Shown here in pieces: positions 39,446 through 48,751 of a stretch of 64,000 nt of DNA. How positions within the stretch are numbered: the stretch's first letter is position 1; each line of letters begins with the position of its first letter. The notes below the pieces were generated by a model. The model was not told where the DNA came from and ran no database searches. It saw only the letters and a program-made list of their open reading frames with translations. Source of the DNA: Bdellovibrionota bacterium (GTDB lineage Bacteria > Bdellovibrionota_C > UBA2361 > JAAYZI01); assembly GCA_050950765.1 (NCBI GenBank), contig JBMNIF010000002.1, positions 224,001-288,000 of the forward strand, in the 5' to 3' direction. Both the position numbers and the translations under genes were made by a program.

Positions 39446-40474
39446 TTAACAGACGCTAATAACTAAGCTCCCTTGATAGGAGCGTAAAATAGCCTCTCCC
39501 ACTTTTTCGTTATTAACCACAATGGAAACCTTATCACTAACACGGATATTCGTATCAAAGGATGCTCCAACCTGTGCGACTTCAGCAGTCATCCCCGGTA
39601 CAAGTTGTGTTATACCGAATTCAAACGAAAGTTTCGTAGCACCTGCAGGTATTTTAACGGACGGAGGTGTTGTCGCCACAGTTTCTACTACAAAATTATT
39701 ATTAACGATCCCTAAGCGTGCTGGTAACCACGCCTTGTCATTAGCAATTAACGTTACGGAATCAGAAACTGGTATCTCAATATCATAAAAGACACCCGAC
39801 TTTAAGTATTCAGATAACATGGCAGGTGGTACAGTCAGATGCCCCACCTCTACTCTAACATTTGTTGGAGCAATTTTCGTCCCGATAGTTGAATGCAGCT
39901 GCCTACGCCACAATCCATCCATTTTCTCGAGCATAATCTTGCCCATCGTGATCCAGATAGTGATAGGTGTGCCGTTTACGTTTAACTGTAATTTAACGCC
40001 TCCGATCCCCCTGACAGAATGCGGATCTATATCGGATTCGAACTTGACAAGAGAAGACTCCGGCCCCGTCCATGATAACGCCAAACTTGAGATAAGGCGC
40101 ATCGCCAAATACTCCAAAACAACCTCCCTTGCTTTATTGCGAGCTCCAAGGATGATCATTTCAAGTAATGCCACAGCTGAATCATCTTCTAAAAAAACAC
40201 ACATCGGTTCATCATCGATCGATCCAGTAAAACCGTATTGAAAATTATGATTGCCACCGATAAAAGGTTTTGTCTCGACTAGAGAAAACTCCACTCCTAG
40301 TGAATGCGCTAATGGCTGCCACTGCATAGCAAAACCTGGAAACCATTTTTCTGGAGAACACCGCAAAAAACCGCAGGAATAACGCACCTCCAACGGATCA
40401 TATCTCCGCAGCAGCTTATTCGGCTTCCATGGATTCAATTTAACTTGATTATTACCCTGCGCACTATCTTGCAA
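39446..40474 (-). CDS. SctQ-like C-ring/sorting platform protein with two SpoA-like domains
   Basis: TNVRVEVGHLTV..LKSG and KLSFEFGITQL..VGASF..VSIVVNNEKVGEA SpoA-like repeats; lies before sctR. Confidence 0.7.
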   Translation of the reverse strand: MQDSAQGNNQVKLNPWKPNKLLRRYDPLEVRYSCGFLRCSPEKWFPGFAMQWQPLAHSLGVEFSLVETKPFIGGNHNFQYGFTGSIDDEPMCVFLEDDSAVALLEMIILGARNKAREVVLEYLAMRLISSLALSWTGPESSLVKFESDIDPHSVRGIGGVKLQLNVNGTPITIWITMGKIMLEKMDGLWRRQLHSTIGTKIAPTNVRVEVGHLTVPPAMLSEYLKSGVFYDIEIPVSDSVTLIANDKAWLPARLGIVNNNFVVETVATTPPSVKIPAGATKLSFEFGITQLVPGMTAEVAQVGASFDTNIRVSDKVSIVVNNEKVGEAILRSYQGSLVISVC

Positions 40475-40491
40475 TTTTTAAATCCCTTTTA

Positions 40492-40722
40492 CTATTCTAG
40501 CTCACTAAGAGCTGCCCTTAACGCCGTCCCGATAAAAACCATTCGCAATTCTGGCGACTGCGCCGCCAGATCCAAAGCCGCTTTTTGTAAAACTTCACCA
40601 TTAACAGTATCGCTTTTTAAATAAACCGCCGCCTCACGTCCGTCCAGCAAAACAGCCACAGCAACTAAAGCACGTTGTTTAGCTGGCAAAGCCCTGAACC
40701 GTTTTGCATCCGTATAATCCAT
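40492..40722 (-). CDS. Small SctK/FliG-fragment-like protein
   Basis: Directly after sctJ (the SctK position); LPAKQRALVAVAVLLDGREAAVYLK resembles the FliG LS..KAAILL..LG.E.AA..LK repeat. Confidence 0.45.
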   Translation of the reverse strand: MDYTDAKRFRALPAKQRALVAVAVLLDGREAAVYLKSDTVNGEVLQKAALDLAAQSPELRMVFIGTALRAALSELE

Positions 40723-40737
40723 AGGATAAATCCTTTA

Positions 40738-41577
40738 CTAAACGACACTTTTCAGATCTGATTCATTTGAGTCAATATCATTACCATTTTTCTTGCGTAC
40801 ACTATATCTAAAATTAGCAAGTAGATAACCCAAAGTAGCACAAATAAATCCACTTAATAAAACTGCCGCAAAAAAGGTCATTATTAAACCGTATTGATCC
40901 CCCTCTACAACGTTCCAAAAGAGTAAGGAAACTAGAGGCACCTTTACGATCTCTCCGTTTTTAAGAGTAACTCCATTTACCAAAACTTCCGTCTCTTCTT
41001 GTACGGTCGAGATAACTTTTACTTTTTCCAGCGGGATATTCGGAAGAACCAGCTGCACGAGTTGCTCAATATCTTCCTGACTAAGAGCATCTTCTTTGCG
41101 CAACCGAACAATGATGGCAGCACCCTCTGAATCTGCCATCACAGACCTCTGTCTGACTATGGCTTTAGCCGAAATCACACCGGCATGGTTACTGAACAGA
41201 TCCTCAATCTGCACAGCCAGTGCTCTATCTGCACGCAGAGCTTCGATCTCTTTCGAATTCGAAGAAAGAAACCCACCTTGAGAAGAGAGGTATTTTAAAG
41301 AGGGATCCTCTTCTTCCGGCAAACCGTTATTATCCAAGATCTGTACAGCTTCTAAATATTTATTATGCTTAACCAAAACATGATAACCGTCAGACGATTT
41401 TCGTCCGCTCTTTTCAGCCGTAGCAGGGATGCCTTGAGCGCTCAAGACTGCAATGATTCTATTCGCCTGTTTATGCGAAAGCCCTTCGCCTGTAACTGAA
41501 ACCTCATTACAGGCGCAGAGGAAGAACGCCATCAACGGCAATAGAATATAGCGTACAGAATTTAATTTCATTATCAT
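40738..41577 (-). CDS. SctJ/YscJ-like inner-membrane ring lipoprotein
   Basis: Lipobox FLCAC then GLSHKQANRIIAVLSAQGIPA..EAVQILDNNGLP; GVISAKA; C-terminal TM. Confidence 0.88.
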   Translation of the reverse strand: MIMKLNSVRYILLPLMAFFLCACNEVSVTGEGLSHKQANRIIAVLSAQGIPATAEKSGRKSSDGYHVLVKHNKYLEAVQILDNNGLPEEEDPSLKYLSSQGGFLSSNSKEIEALRADRALAVQIEDLFSNHAGVISAKAIVRQRSVMADSEGAAIIVRLRKEDALSQEDIEQLVQLVLPNIPLEKVKVISTVQEETEVLVNGVTLKNGEIVKVPLVSLLFWNVVEGDQYGLIMTFFAAVLLSGFICATLGYLLANFRYSVRKKNGNDIDSNESDLKSVV

Positions 41578-41587
41578 AAACCCGCTT

Positions 41588-43003
41588 TTACTTTTCACCT
41601 ACATAAGGGATAAGTGTTACAAGAAATTCGACATCACCAAAGCGTACCCAGTCGCCATTTTCCAAAATGACGAGCTCCTCTTCTTTCTGATACGTATTCT
41701 CTCCACGTCGTCTGACGAAAATACCCCTATCACTCATCAGATCGTGCAATCTTAAGCCGTCTTCCGTACTAACCATCACCATGGCGTGCGGTGTAGAGAT
41801 GCTTTCATCCTCAAGGATTAAATCCGTACCTTTCAAGCTGGTACGCGTAATAAAAAACTTCCCTTCGCGTAGCTCGATCCCCTCTCCCGACGGAGTATTA
41901 TAACTGACAAACCAACCAAACAATCTACCCTTTTTAGAAGGTGCACGTTGCGGTGTCTGATCTTTTTTCTGAAATGGAGCATTCTGCTTCCTATCTTTAC
42001 CTTGTTGTGAAACGTTTTTCTGTTGTTTCTCTCTTCTTTCAAAACGTTTCTTTTCTTCACTTTCATTTTCTTCATACCTAGCAACGCTCTCTTTTTCAGA
42101 AGCACCTGACCTGCCTTCCTTTCTTGACTGTTGTTCAGATCTTTGTTGCTTATCAGGATTTGAGCTCCTATTATCTCTACGTCGTCTAGCTGAACGGGAC
42201 GTTCTCTCTGGCGTTTGTTGAACCTCTGCCGCTATCTCAGGAATTTCAAATTCAACATCTTCCACAACGCTTTCTTGAGACGACACTACATCTTCAATCT
42301 CTTCAGAGCTATCATCCCCAAGATCTTCAACAGTGACCTCTTCCTCTTCTTCTCCAACATTAAAATCGAAAGGTCCTACAAGCCCCCCTTCTACTTCATT
42401 AACTTCATAATTCACCACTTCTTCAGCACTATCATCCTCAACGGCAGACGCGGTTTCTACAAAACCACTTTCAGGATCTGATCTTACCTCAGAGACAACT
42501 CCACCGTAATCAAATCTGGTTTCAACATCTTCCACCTCTCTCGGTTCAAAATCAGCATATCCTTCGGGTTCTTTTGACTCTTCCTCTTGAGCGCCTGCAA
42601 ATTGAGGTGTTTCATCTTCAGCACCTATCGCTACGATACTATCATCTTCCATCTCCCCTTCTGAATCATCAGGGATTTCAACCTCCAGCTCTTCAATATA
42701 AGCACTAAGGGGATCATCCAACTGCATGGGGTCATCATTACTTACATCAGCCACCTGCTGAGTAGCACTGGCCACTTCATCTTCTCTGATTCGATCTCTG
42801 GTTTGTTCTAATTCTGCATCTCCCGCTGTGGACATCGTACGTTGTCGCACCCTAGCGGAAGGTTTCTGCGCAGGCTCCTCCGGTCGTTCGGAAGCAGAAT
42901 CTAAACTCGCTCCGCACATCCGACAACGAGTTGAGACTGCCGGTATTAAACTTCGACAAGATGGACATCTCACAAAGGTCAACTCATTATTATCTGTAGC
43001 CAT
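41588..43003 (-). CDS. Zn-ribbon + acidic linker + FHA domain protein
   Basis: CPSC..CRMC N-terminus; long D/E-rich region; C-terminal FHA-like DESISTPHA..DLMSDRGIFV..DWVRFG. Confidence 0.8.
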   Translation of the reverse strand: MATDNNELTFVRCPSCRSLIPAVSTRCRMCGASLDSASERPEEPAQKPSARVRQRTMSTAGDAELEQTRDRIREDEVASATQQVADVSNDDPMQLDDPLSAYIEELEVEIPDDSEGEMEDDSIVAIGAEDETPQFAGAQEEESKEPEGYADFEPREVEDVETRFDYGGVVSEVRSDPESGFVETASAVEDDSAEEVVNYEVNEVEGGLVGPFDFNVGEEEEEVTVEDLGDDSSEEIEDVVSSQESVVEDVEFEIPEIAAEVQQTPERTSRSARRRRDNRSSNPDKQQRSEQQSRKEGRSGASEKESVARYEENESEEKKRFERREKQQKNVSQQGKDRKQNAPFQKKDQTPQRAPSKKGRLFGWFVSYNTPSGEGIELREGKFFITRTSLKGTDLILEDESISTPHAMVMVSTEDGLRLHDLMSDRGIFVRRRGENTYQKEEELVILENGDWVRFGDVEFLVTLIPYVGEK

Positions 43004-43042
43004 AATATCACTCCCTTTTTACTCAAAAAAAAACATACTTAT

Positions 43043-44434
43043 TTAAAATATTGCTCCACATAAAATAAACAATAAGAATATTAACAACGCATTGAGCAGT
43101 ATCATTATAAAAATGAACAACGCTTTTTTCGGCAGCGACAAAGCATTAAAGTACCGCTCCAAATCTTCTATTTTAACGAACCCTCTACCCGTGTTAAGCA
43201 TACTTTCCACCGTGTTTCTTGATACACGCGCACGTTGCATTTGTGGTGGTTGCAGAGAAGTCTCTTCCATAAAGCTTTCTGTTAATCCAACCTGCTTCTT
43301 TGTTTTTTCGACCTTAACTTCATTTTCTACAAAAGCATCTGCCGAACCGTTAGCATTCTTAAACTTCTCTTCCTGTTCTTTATTAAAACAGATCGCCACC
43401 GTTAAATTACCACCGAAGTTTAAAACTTTGGCTTCACCATCAAGCTCTAAAGTATGACCTTTCTTTAAGATACCGCCGTCATAAACGGTTCCGTTAGTGC
43501 TGGAATCTTCGACTGTCGTTATACCTGTCTGACTAAGAGAAACTGTACAGTGCCGCCTTGAAACGTGCGGAGCTCCTAACCACAGATCGCTACTAGGCTC
43601 TCTACCGATAGTGACACTTCCATCAACCGGCAAAACCAAACGTGCTGGTCTAGCCACCTCAGACATCGATAATAAGATCGGGTACCTTTGCAACGATTGT
43701 TGCGGAGCAACTTTTTCCACTTCCTTGTTGATGATTTTTTCCAAACCATCTTGAGAAACTACACCGTATATCGAAGTTTGCCCCCCTAAAAAGATAGGTA
43801 CATTTGGTTCTACATTAACACGCCCTGAGATCTGTTGATTGTGTACAAAAGTTCCGTTTGTTGAACCGAGATCTTCGATCCAAAACCTTCCTTCTTCAAA
43901 ACCTATACGTGCATGCTTGCCCGAGATATCCGCACCATCAAGTCGTACCGCACATTTATTAGAGCGCCCAATATAAGCTGGTTGATCTGGTGAAAAAGAA
44001 ACGACTATCGGAGAGGCTCCTGCTACAACAACAGCTGGGAACTCCGGAGTATCTAAAGCACAAGCCTGCCGCAATATCCGCACTCCAGCACGGTCTGGTG
44101 GTTCTCCTGCTTTTACCGCTAAGTCGGGATCCAATGAAGTCACTGTTAATTGCAGATTAGCAAGTTTTAATGAAGTAGATCCGTTAATCGCTCCATGCGG
44201 TATTTCAGGGATAGCGTTGATGTCGTTTGAATTTACCTTATCTAGCGTTTCAAGCTTGCAACGAAACTTTCTTCCGACACACTTCGTCAAACGGAGTTGA
44301 TAATTAAGATCTTTCATATCTTCTATATCAACGTGTGCTTCTTCAGAAGCACCGATCAAGGCTTGTGGACGACGCACAAGTATCATCATGGTTTGGGATA
44401 AGCCATCTTGAAAAGCTATTTCAAGAGCGAACAT
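43043..44434 (-). CDS. Multi-FHA membrane-anchored protein (SctD cytoplasmic-domain-like)
   Basis: IGRS..ISGKHARI..DLGSTNGTFV and IGRE..VSRRHC..SSTNGT; ends in a single TM. Confidence 0.85.
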   Translation of the reverse strand: MFALEIAFQDGLSQTMMILVRRPQALIGASEEAHVDIEDMKDLNYQLRLTKCVGRKFRCKLETLDKVNSNDINAIPEIPHGAINGSTSLKLANLQLTVTSLDPDLAVKAGEPPDRAGVRILRQACALDTPEFPAVVVAGASPIVVSFSPDQPAYIGRSNKCAVRLDGADISGKHARIGFEEGRFWIEDLGSTNGTFVHNQQISGRVNVEPNVPIFLGGQTSIYGVVSQDGLEKIINKEVEKVAPQQSLQRYPILLSMSEVARPARLVLPVDGSVTIGREPSSDLWLGAPHVSRRHCTVSLSQTGITTVEDSSTNGTVYDGGILKKGHTLELDGEAKVLNFGGNLTVAICFNKEQEEKFKNANGSADAFVENEVKVEKTKKQVGLTESFMEETSLQPPQMQRARVSRNTVESMLNTGRGFVKIEDLERYFNALSLPKKALFIFIMILLNALLIFLLFILCGAIF

Positions 44435-44572
44435 GCACGTAATCCTTCAATAGGGTAAAAATCGACCTTAAATCCGTTAACAAACACCTGTTTATATATA
44501 GATAATTTCAACCGCAGAAAAATTCTCTACAGTATTATTAGAATCAAAAAACGGAGTAAGGATCCACTTTTT

Positions 44573-44600
44573 TTATCGAACACTACTAAAAGAATCTTTA
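44573..44600 (-). promoter_or_regulatory. Possible sigma28/FliA-type promoter of the T3SS-like operon
   Basis: Minus strand TAAAG-N15-TTCGATAA, about 140 bp upstream of the first FHA gene. Confidence 0.3.
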
Positions 44601-44892
44601 ATTTTTGTTACACATTAGTGCAAAAATAAGTGAGTCTTATTTCTGTCTTTTAACATCTCAAGACATGCTTAATTGCTAAAGGGATCCTTTAATAGAGATC
44701 TCTTTTGAGTGTATTAGGAGCTAAAAATAACAGATAAATAAATTCTGTTTAATAATTAGCTAGTTATGGAAGAAGATTTTTAGTGTTAGTTATGCACTTC
44801 GCTAAAAACAAACCGCTGTTTTATTACATAAAACACGCTAAAAACTTCTTGCGGTGAACGCTATAATATTTGTTAAGCAATAAGGTTAAACC

Positions 44893-45258
44893 ATGGACAC
44901 ACCAGCAACTATCTTGATTGTCGACGATGATGTAACAGCACTCGACATTGTTGATTACCTCTTTGAAGATAAAGGCTTTGAAGTAGTACGCAGAGCCGAT
45001 GGTCAATCTGCTATTGATTGTGTTGAAGAGATCAATCCGAATATCATTTTAGTGGATCTTATGATGCCGCGCCTAAGTGGTCAGGAAACTGTCCGGCAGA
45101 TGCGTGCTAAAGGTATTACCGTTCCTGTTGTGGCATTTACTGCCATAGATAATCCGGAGATTCATCAGGAGGCACTTGATGCAGGTTGCAATCTGGTGTT
45201 AACAAAACCGTGTCGTCCTAATATCTTAGTGAAACACATCGAAGATCTGTTACAATAA
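44893..45258 (+). CDS. Single-domain response regulator
   Basis: ILIVDDD, VDLMMP, AFTA, LTKP. Confidence 0.92.
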   Translation: MDTPATILIVDDDVTALDIVDYLFEDKGFEVVRRADGQSAIDCVEEINPNIILVDLMMPRLSGQETVRQMRAKGITVPVVAFTAIDNPEIHQEALDAGCNLVLTKPCRPNILVKHIEDLLQ

Positions 45259-45836
45259 AAAGTTGTAGTAAAAAGACTCTTTTGTCCTCAATTATTGCAC
45301 GTAATACTTCACCTAAGTAAAAGGTGTAAGTTGCATTAAAAAATTGCAAAAAAAACCTTTTATACCTCTTTTCTTTAATTTTCTTTAAACTTTCTTCAAA
45401 CGAAACACCTTCTTTGGGCGATCAGGCTTTGCAAAACCCTGTTTTATTTTTAAATATTTACTTTATATTAAAACCTACATTCTCTTTTACAGCATCTTTA
45501 GTTATACTGGTGTATGTGGCCATGAATGATGCTTTTATGTTTTTTGGCTCACGCAGGGCATATTTTCCCATCTGCTCTTCTCTCTACCGCAGCGGCTTGG
45601 TTAATGAAGAGCAATAACTATGGTGATAGTGCTACATAACAAGTTTAAAAATTTTCGGAATCATTGGATTTGGCAGCAGTTCTTAAAACAGATTTTATAT
45701 GAAACGGATACGATTTAAAAAATCAAAATAGTGATCTGGTTATAGTTTTTTATAGAGACATGACATTCCACAATACCAACACATATTCATTTGAACAGGC
45801 TTGCATCTCCTTGGTTCCTCTTATGAGGAAAAATCA

Positions 45837-47522
45837 ATGGATCGTCAAATGCTTATCAACGCCGTGCATCCTGAAGAGATCAGGATCGCCATCACTCAAG
45901 AGAATAGCCTTATTGAACTTGAGGTTGAATCAGATCTTGGTAAAAAGCTTAAAGGGAATATCTATAAAGCGCGCATCTCTCGCATAGAGCCCAGCTTACA
46001 AGCAGCCTTTATCGATATCGGAACTCAACGTAACGGCTTCTTACAGATTAACGACATTCATCCCGCCTATTTTAAAAACTACAAAAAGGGCAATGGCAAG
46101 GTTGCTATTCAAGATGTCCTAGAAGCAGGTCAAGAGCTGGTTGTTCAAGTTGTCAAGGAAGAGCGCGAATTAAAAGGTGCTACCCTTACGACGTACCTCT
46201 CTCTACCAGGGAGGTACATAGTGGTTATGCCGGGTAGTGATAGAGGCGGCATCTCTCGCAAGATCAGTGATAATGAGCAACGTCAGAAACTAAAAAAACT
46301 TGCTGCCGAATTAGAACTACCAACAGGGATCGGAATAATCGTTAGGACTGCTGGCTTAGATCGTTCTCAAAGTGAGTTGTCTCGAGACCTATCACTTCAA
46401 TTGAAGTTATGGGAACAGATCCTAGCCTCTGCCCAAACGGCAACCTCACCAACTCTACTTTATGGTGAGAGTGATGTTGCAACACGTGTTGTTAGAGATT
46501 ACTTCACACCGGAAATTCGAGATATTATTATCGACGATCGTGCCACCTTTGAAAGAGTCCGCAATTTTGTTTGGCAGGTTACGCCCAGATACCGTTCTCG
46601 TATTAAATTTTATGATAACGACCAACCTCTTTTTTCTCACTACAACATAGAAGATCAAGTTGAGAACACTTTAAAAAGTACCGTAAAATTAAAATCCGGC
46701 GGAGAGATCGTGATCGATTCTTGGGAAGCTTTAGTTGCAATAGATGTAAACTCCGGCAAATCAACCACAGGTGAAAATATTGAAGACACTGCTTACAGGA
46801 CAAACCTTGAAGCAGCTGATGAGATCGCCAAGCAGTTACGCTTACGTGACTTGGGTGGTTTAATTGTGATCGATTTTATCGATATGATGGATCGTAAACA
46901 TAAACTGGCGTTGGAACGACAGTTACAACTCGCTGTAAAAGATGATAAAGCACGTATAGAGCTCGGCAGATTATCCAAGTTCGGTTTAATGGAGATGTCG
47001 CGTCAACGGTTACGCGCTACCATTTCTAGTCAAAGTAATTTACGGTGCTCAACTTGTCGTGGAACAGGCGTGGTTCGCGGTAGCGAATTCGTGGCTTTAG
47101 AAGCTTTGCGACGTATTCAATCAGCTGTAATCGCTGGACATGTAAAATTAGTAAAAGCACGACTAGCACCTGCCCCTGCTCTTTTCCTACTAAATAATAA
47201 AAAGGTAGATTTAGCAGCATTAGAAACAAAGTATGGTGCGCTAGTATACGTCCTAGCTGATGGTAGACTTCGTCCTGATGAGTATCATTTCGAGATGGAA
47301 TCAGATCCCCTTGCCAGCATTGAATCTCAAAAGATTTCAGATCTAAAATCAAAAGAGAATAAGAGAAGCTCTGCTGTTACACCCTCCGGCAAAAGATCGG
47401 AAACCAGACAAACAGCTGCTGCTGCTACACAGAAAAGTCGTCTACGTCCGCGGGCACGGCTGCGTAAAAGGATAGATGAAAAGCGTGTGGCGCTCCAACA
47501 ACAAAGTGCTTTAAAAGAGTAA
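45837..47522 (+). CDS. rne: Ribonuclease E/G family
   Basis: GNIYKARISRIEPSLQAAFID, QVVKEE..KGA, AIDVNSG, LRLRDLGGLIVIDFIDM, CSTCRGTG; ATG at 45837 after GAGGA. Confidence 0.92.
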   Translation: MDRQMLINAVHPEEIRIAITQENSLIELEVESDLGKKLKGNIYKARISRIEPSLQAAFIDIGTQRNGFLQINDIHPAYFKNYKKGNGKVAIQDVLEAGQELVVQVVKEERELKGATLTTYLSLPGRYIVVMPGSDRGGISRKISDNEQRQKLKKLAAELELPTGIGIIVRTAGLDRSQSELSRDLSLQLKLWEQILASAQTATSPTLLYGESDVATRVVRDYFTPEIRDIIIDDRATFERVRNFVWQVTPRYRSRIKFYDNDQPLFSHYNIEDQVENTLKSTVKLKSGGEIVIDSWEALVAIDVNSGKSTTGENIEDTAYRTNLEAADEIAKQLRLRDLGGLIVIDFIDMMDRKHKLALERQLQLAVKDDKARIELGRLSKFGLMEMSRQRLRATISSQSNLRCSTCRGTGVVRGSEFVALEALRRIQSAVIAGHVKLVKARLAPAPALFLLNNKKVDLAALETKYGALVYVLADGRLRPDEYHFEMESDPLASIESQKISDLKSKENKRSSAVTPSGKRSETRQTAAAATQKSRLRPRARLRKRIDEKRVALQQQSALKE

Positions 47523-47633
47523 GTTGATACTTTATTTTTTAGAGTAAAGATATTTTTTACAACACAGATCGGAAGAACATTTAAAAAAATTTTGGACTTT
47601 TTTATCTATTGCTGGCATACAAGGTATCGAAGA

Positions 47634-47670
47634 TAAAATTATCAATTTACAGGTAAAATTGATAATTTTA
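47634..47670. repeat. Perfect 15-bp inverted repeat upstream of the GAF-mreB operon
   Basis: TAAAATTATCAATTT-acaggta-AAATTGATAATTTTA. Confidence 0.7.
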
Positions 47671-47716
47671 AGCTAGAGGCGCAAGTAGTCACTCAGGTCG
47701 TATCTCATATTATGGA

Positions 47717-48751
47717 TTGTGGCTTGATACGGTTCTTGATATTCTGACAGGACTTTTATTGTGGTGGTTGCCAGTGGGAATAAATTCAATAGCAGATCTA
47801 AAAAAAGATTTTTGTCGTTTGGCGTGTTTTGGAGCTAATATAACAGACTCTCACAGCTGTTTTATATTTTTACCTCAATGGATACTTCAGAACGATCTCA
47901 TGCCGCAGGCGGAATCGAATAACGAATTGGCTCTTGTCGGGTTCCACTCTTTAAGCTCTGAAATTTTTAACAACTGTCATATCGAAGCTGGAAACGGCGT
48001 TATCGGTTGGGTTGCTCAACATAAACAATCGATCCACATTGCGCCTTTTGAACGAGATAGTCGAACTCTCGGGATGTACAGAGCGCACTTATCACTAAAG
48101 AGCGTTATTGCAGTTCCAATTATGCTTGATTGTATAAATGCAGATACCTCTAATGGCAACCTTGCAGGTGTTTTAGCTTGTGACAGCAAAAAATCTTATG
48201 CCTTTTCTAAGTTACAAGGCAAACTCTTGGAAGATCTTTCATACGAGATTAGTAATACGTTGCGCTTATCTATGACTCCAAGAGCGGAGGGACAGCAATC
48301 ATGGTGCTCTTTTATTCAGCGTGGCATGAATCTTATTTCAACGCTTGGTAAAAACTCTGTGGATGTCTTACGCGTTCATCCAGAGAACTTAGACGCTATT
48401 GAAATTAAACAGGGAACTTCAGAAACGATTACGGCGGTAGAGCAGCTTTATAGATTAATTCAGCAATCTCTTTCACAAGAGTTTCCATCATACTGTCTTC
48501 CGAACGGGGATCTAATAATAATTCTAGATAATATGATGTCAGCATTTTATCAGAACAAGATAGATGCTTTAGCGAAATATGTAGCACGTGGCGGTGAAAC
48601 CATTGTATTTAGTTACCTTCGACAATCTTTTTCAGATCGTCAAAATAGGACAAAGACATTAGACGATCTAATAGCGGCTACAAACAGTACCTTAAAAACT
48701 GAATCCACTACCACAAGCACAAAGAGGTCCTATGTCTTCGGCAGGCGTTAA
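47717..48751 (+). CDS. GAF domain protein
   Basis: GNGVIGWVAQHKQSIHI..KSVIAVPI..GVLACDSKKSYAFS; overlaps the mreB-like gene. Confidence 0.8.
   Translation: MWLDTVLDILTGLLLWWLPVGINSIADLKKDFCRLACFGANITDSHSCFIFLPQWILQNDLMPQAESNNELALVGFHSLSSEIFNNCHIEAGNGVIGWVAQHKQSIHIAPFERDSRTLGMYRAHLSLKSVIAVPIMLDCINADTSNGNLAGVLACDSKKSYAFSKLQGKLLEDLSYEISNTLRLSMTPRAEGQQSWCSFIQRGMNLISTLGKNSVDVLRVHPENLDAIEIKQGTSETITAVEQLYRLIQQSLSQEFPSYCLPNGDLIIILDNMMSAFYQNKIDALAKYVARGGETIVFSYLRQSFSDRQNRTKTLDDLIAATNSTLKTESTTTSTKRSYVFGRR

Noticed and set aside
36324..41598. Second (lateral) flagellar system
   Set aside because: It has a short lipobox SctJ rather than FliF, a signal-less SctR, a TPR chaperone and FHA proteins, with no rod, hook or stator genes in the locus
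45414..45987. ORFs 45414..45617 and 45760..45987
   Set aside because: No motifs; they lie in the rne leader or overlap rne out of frame
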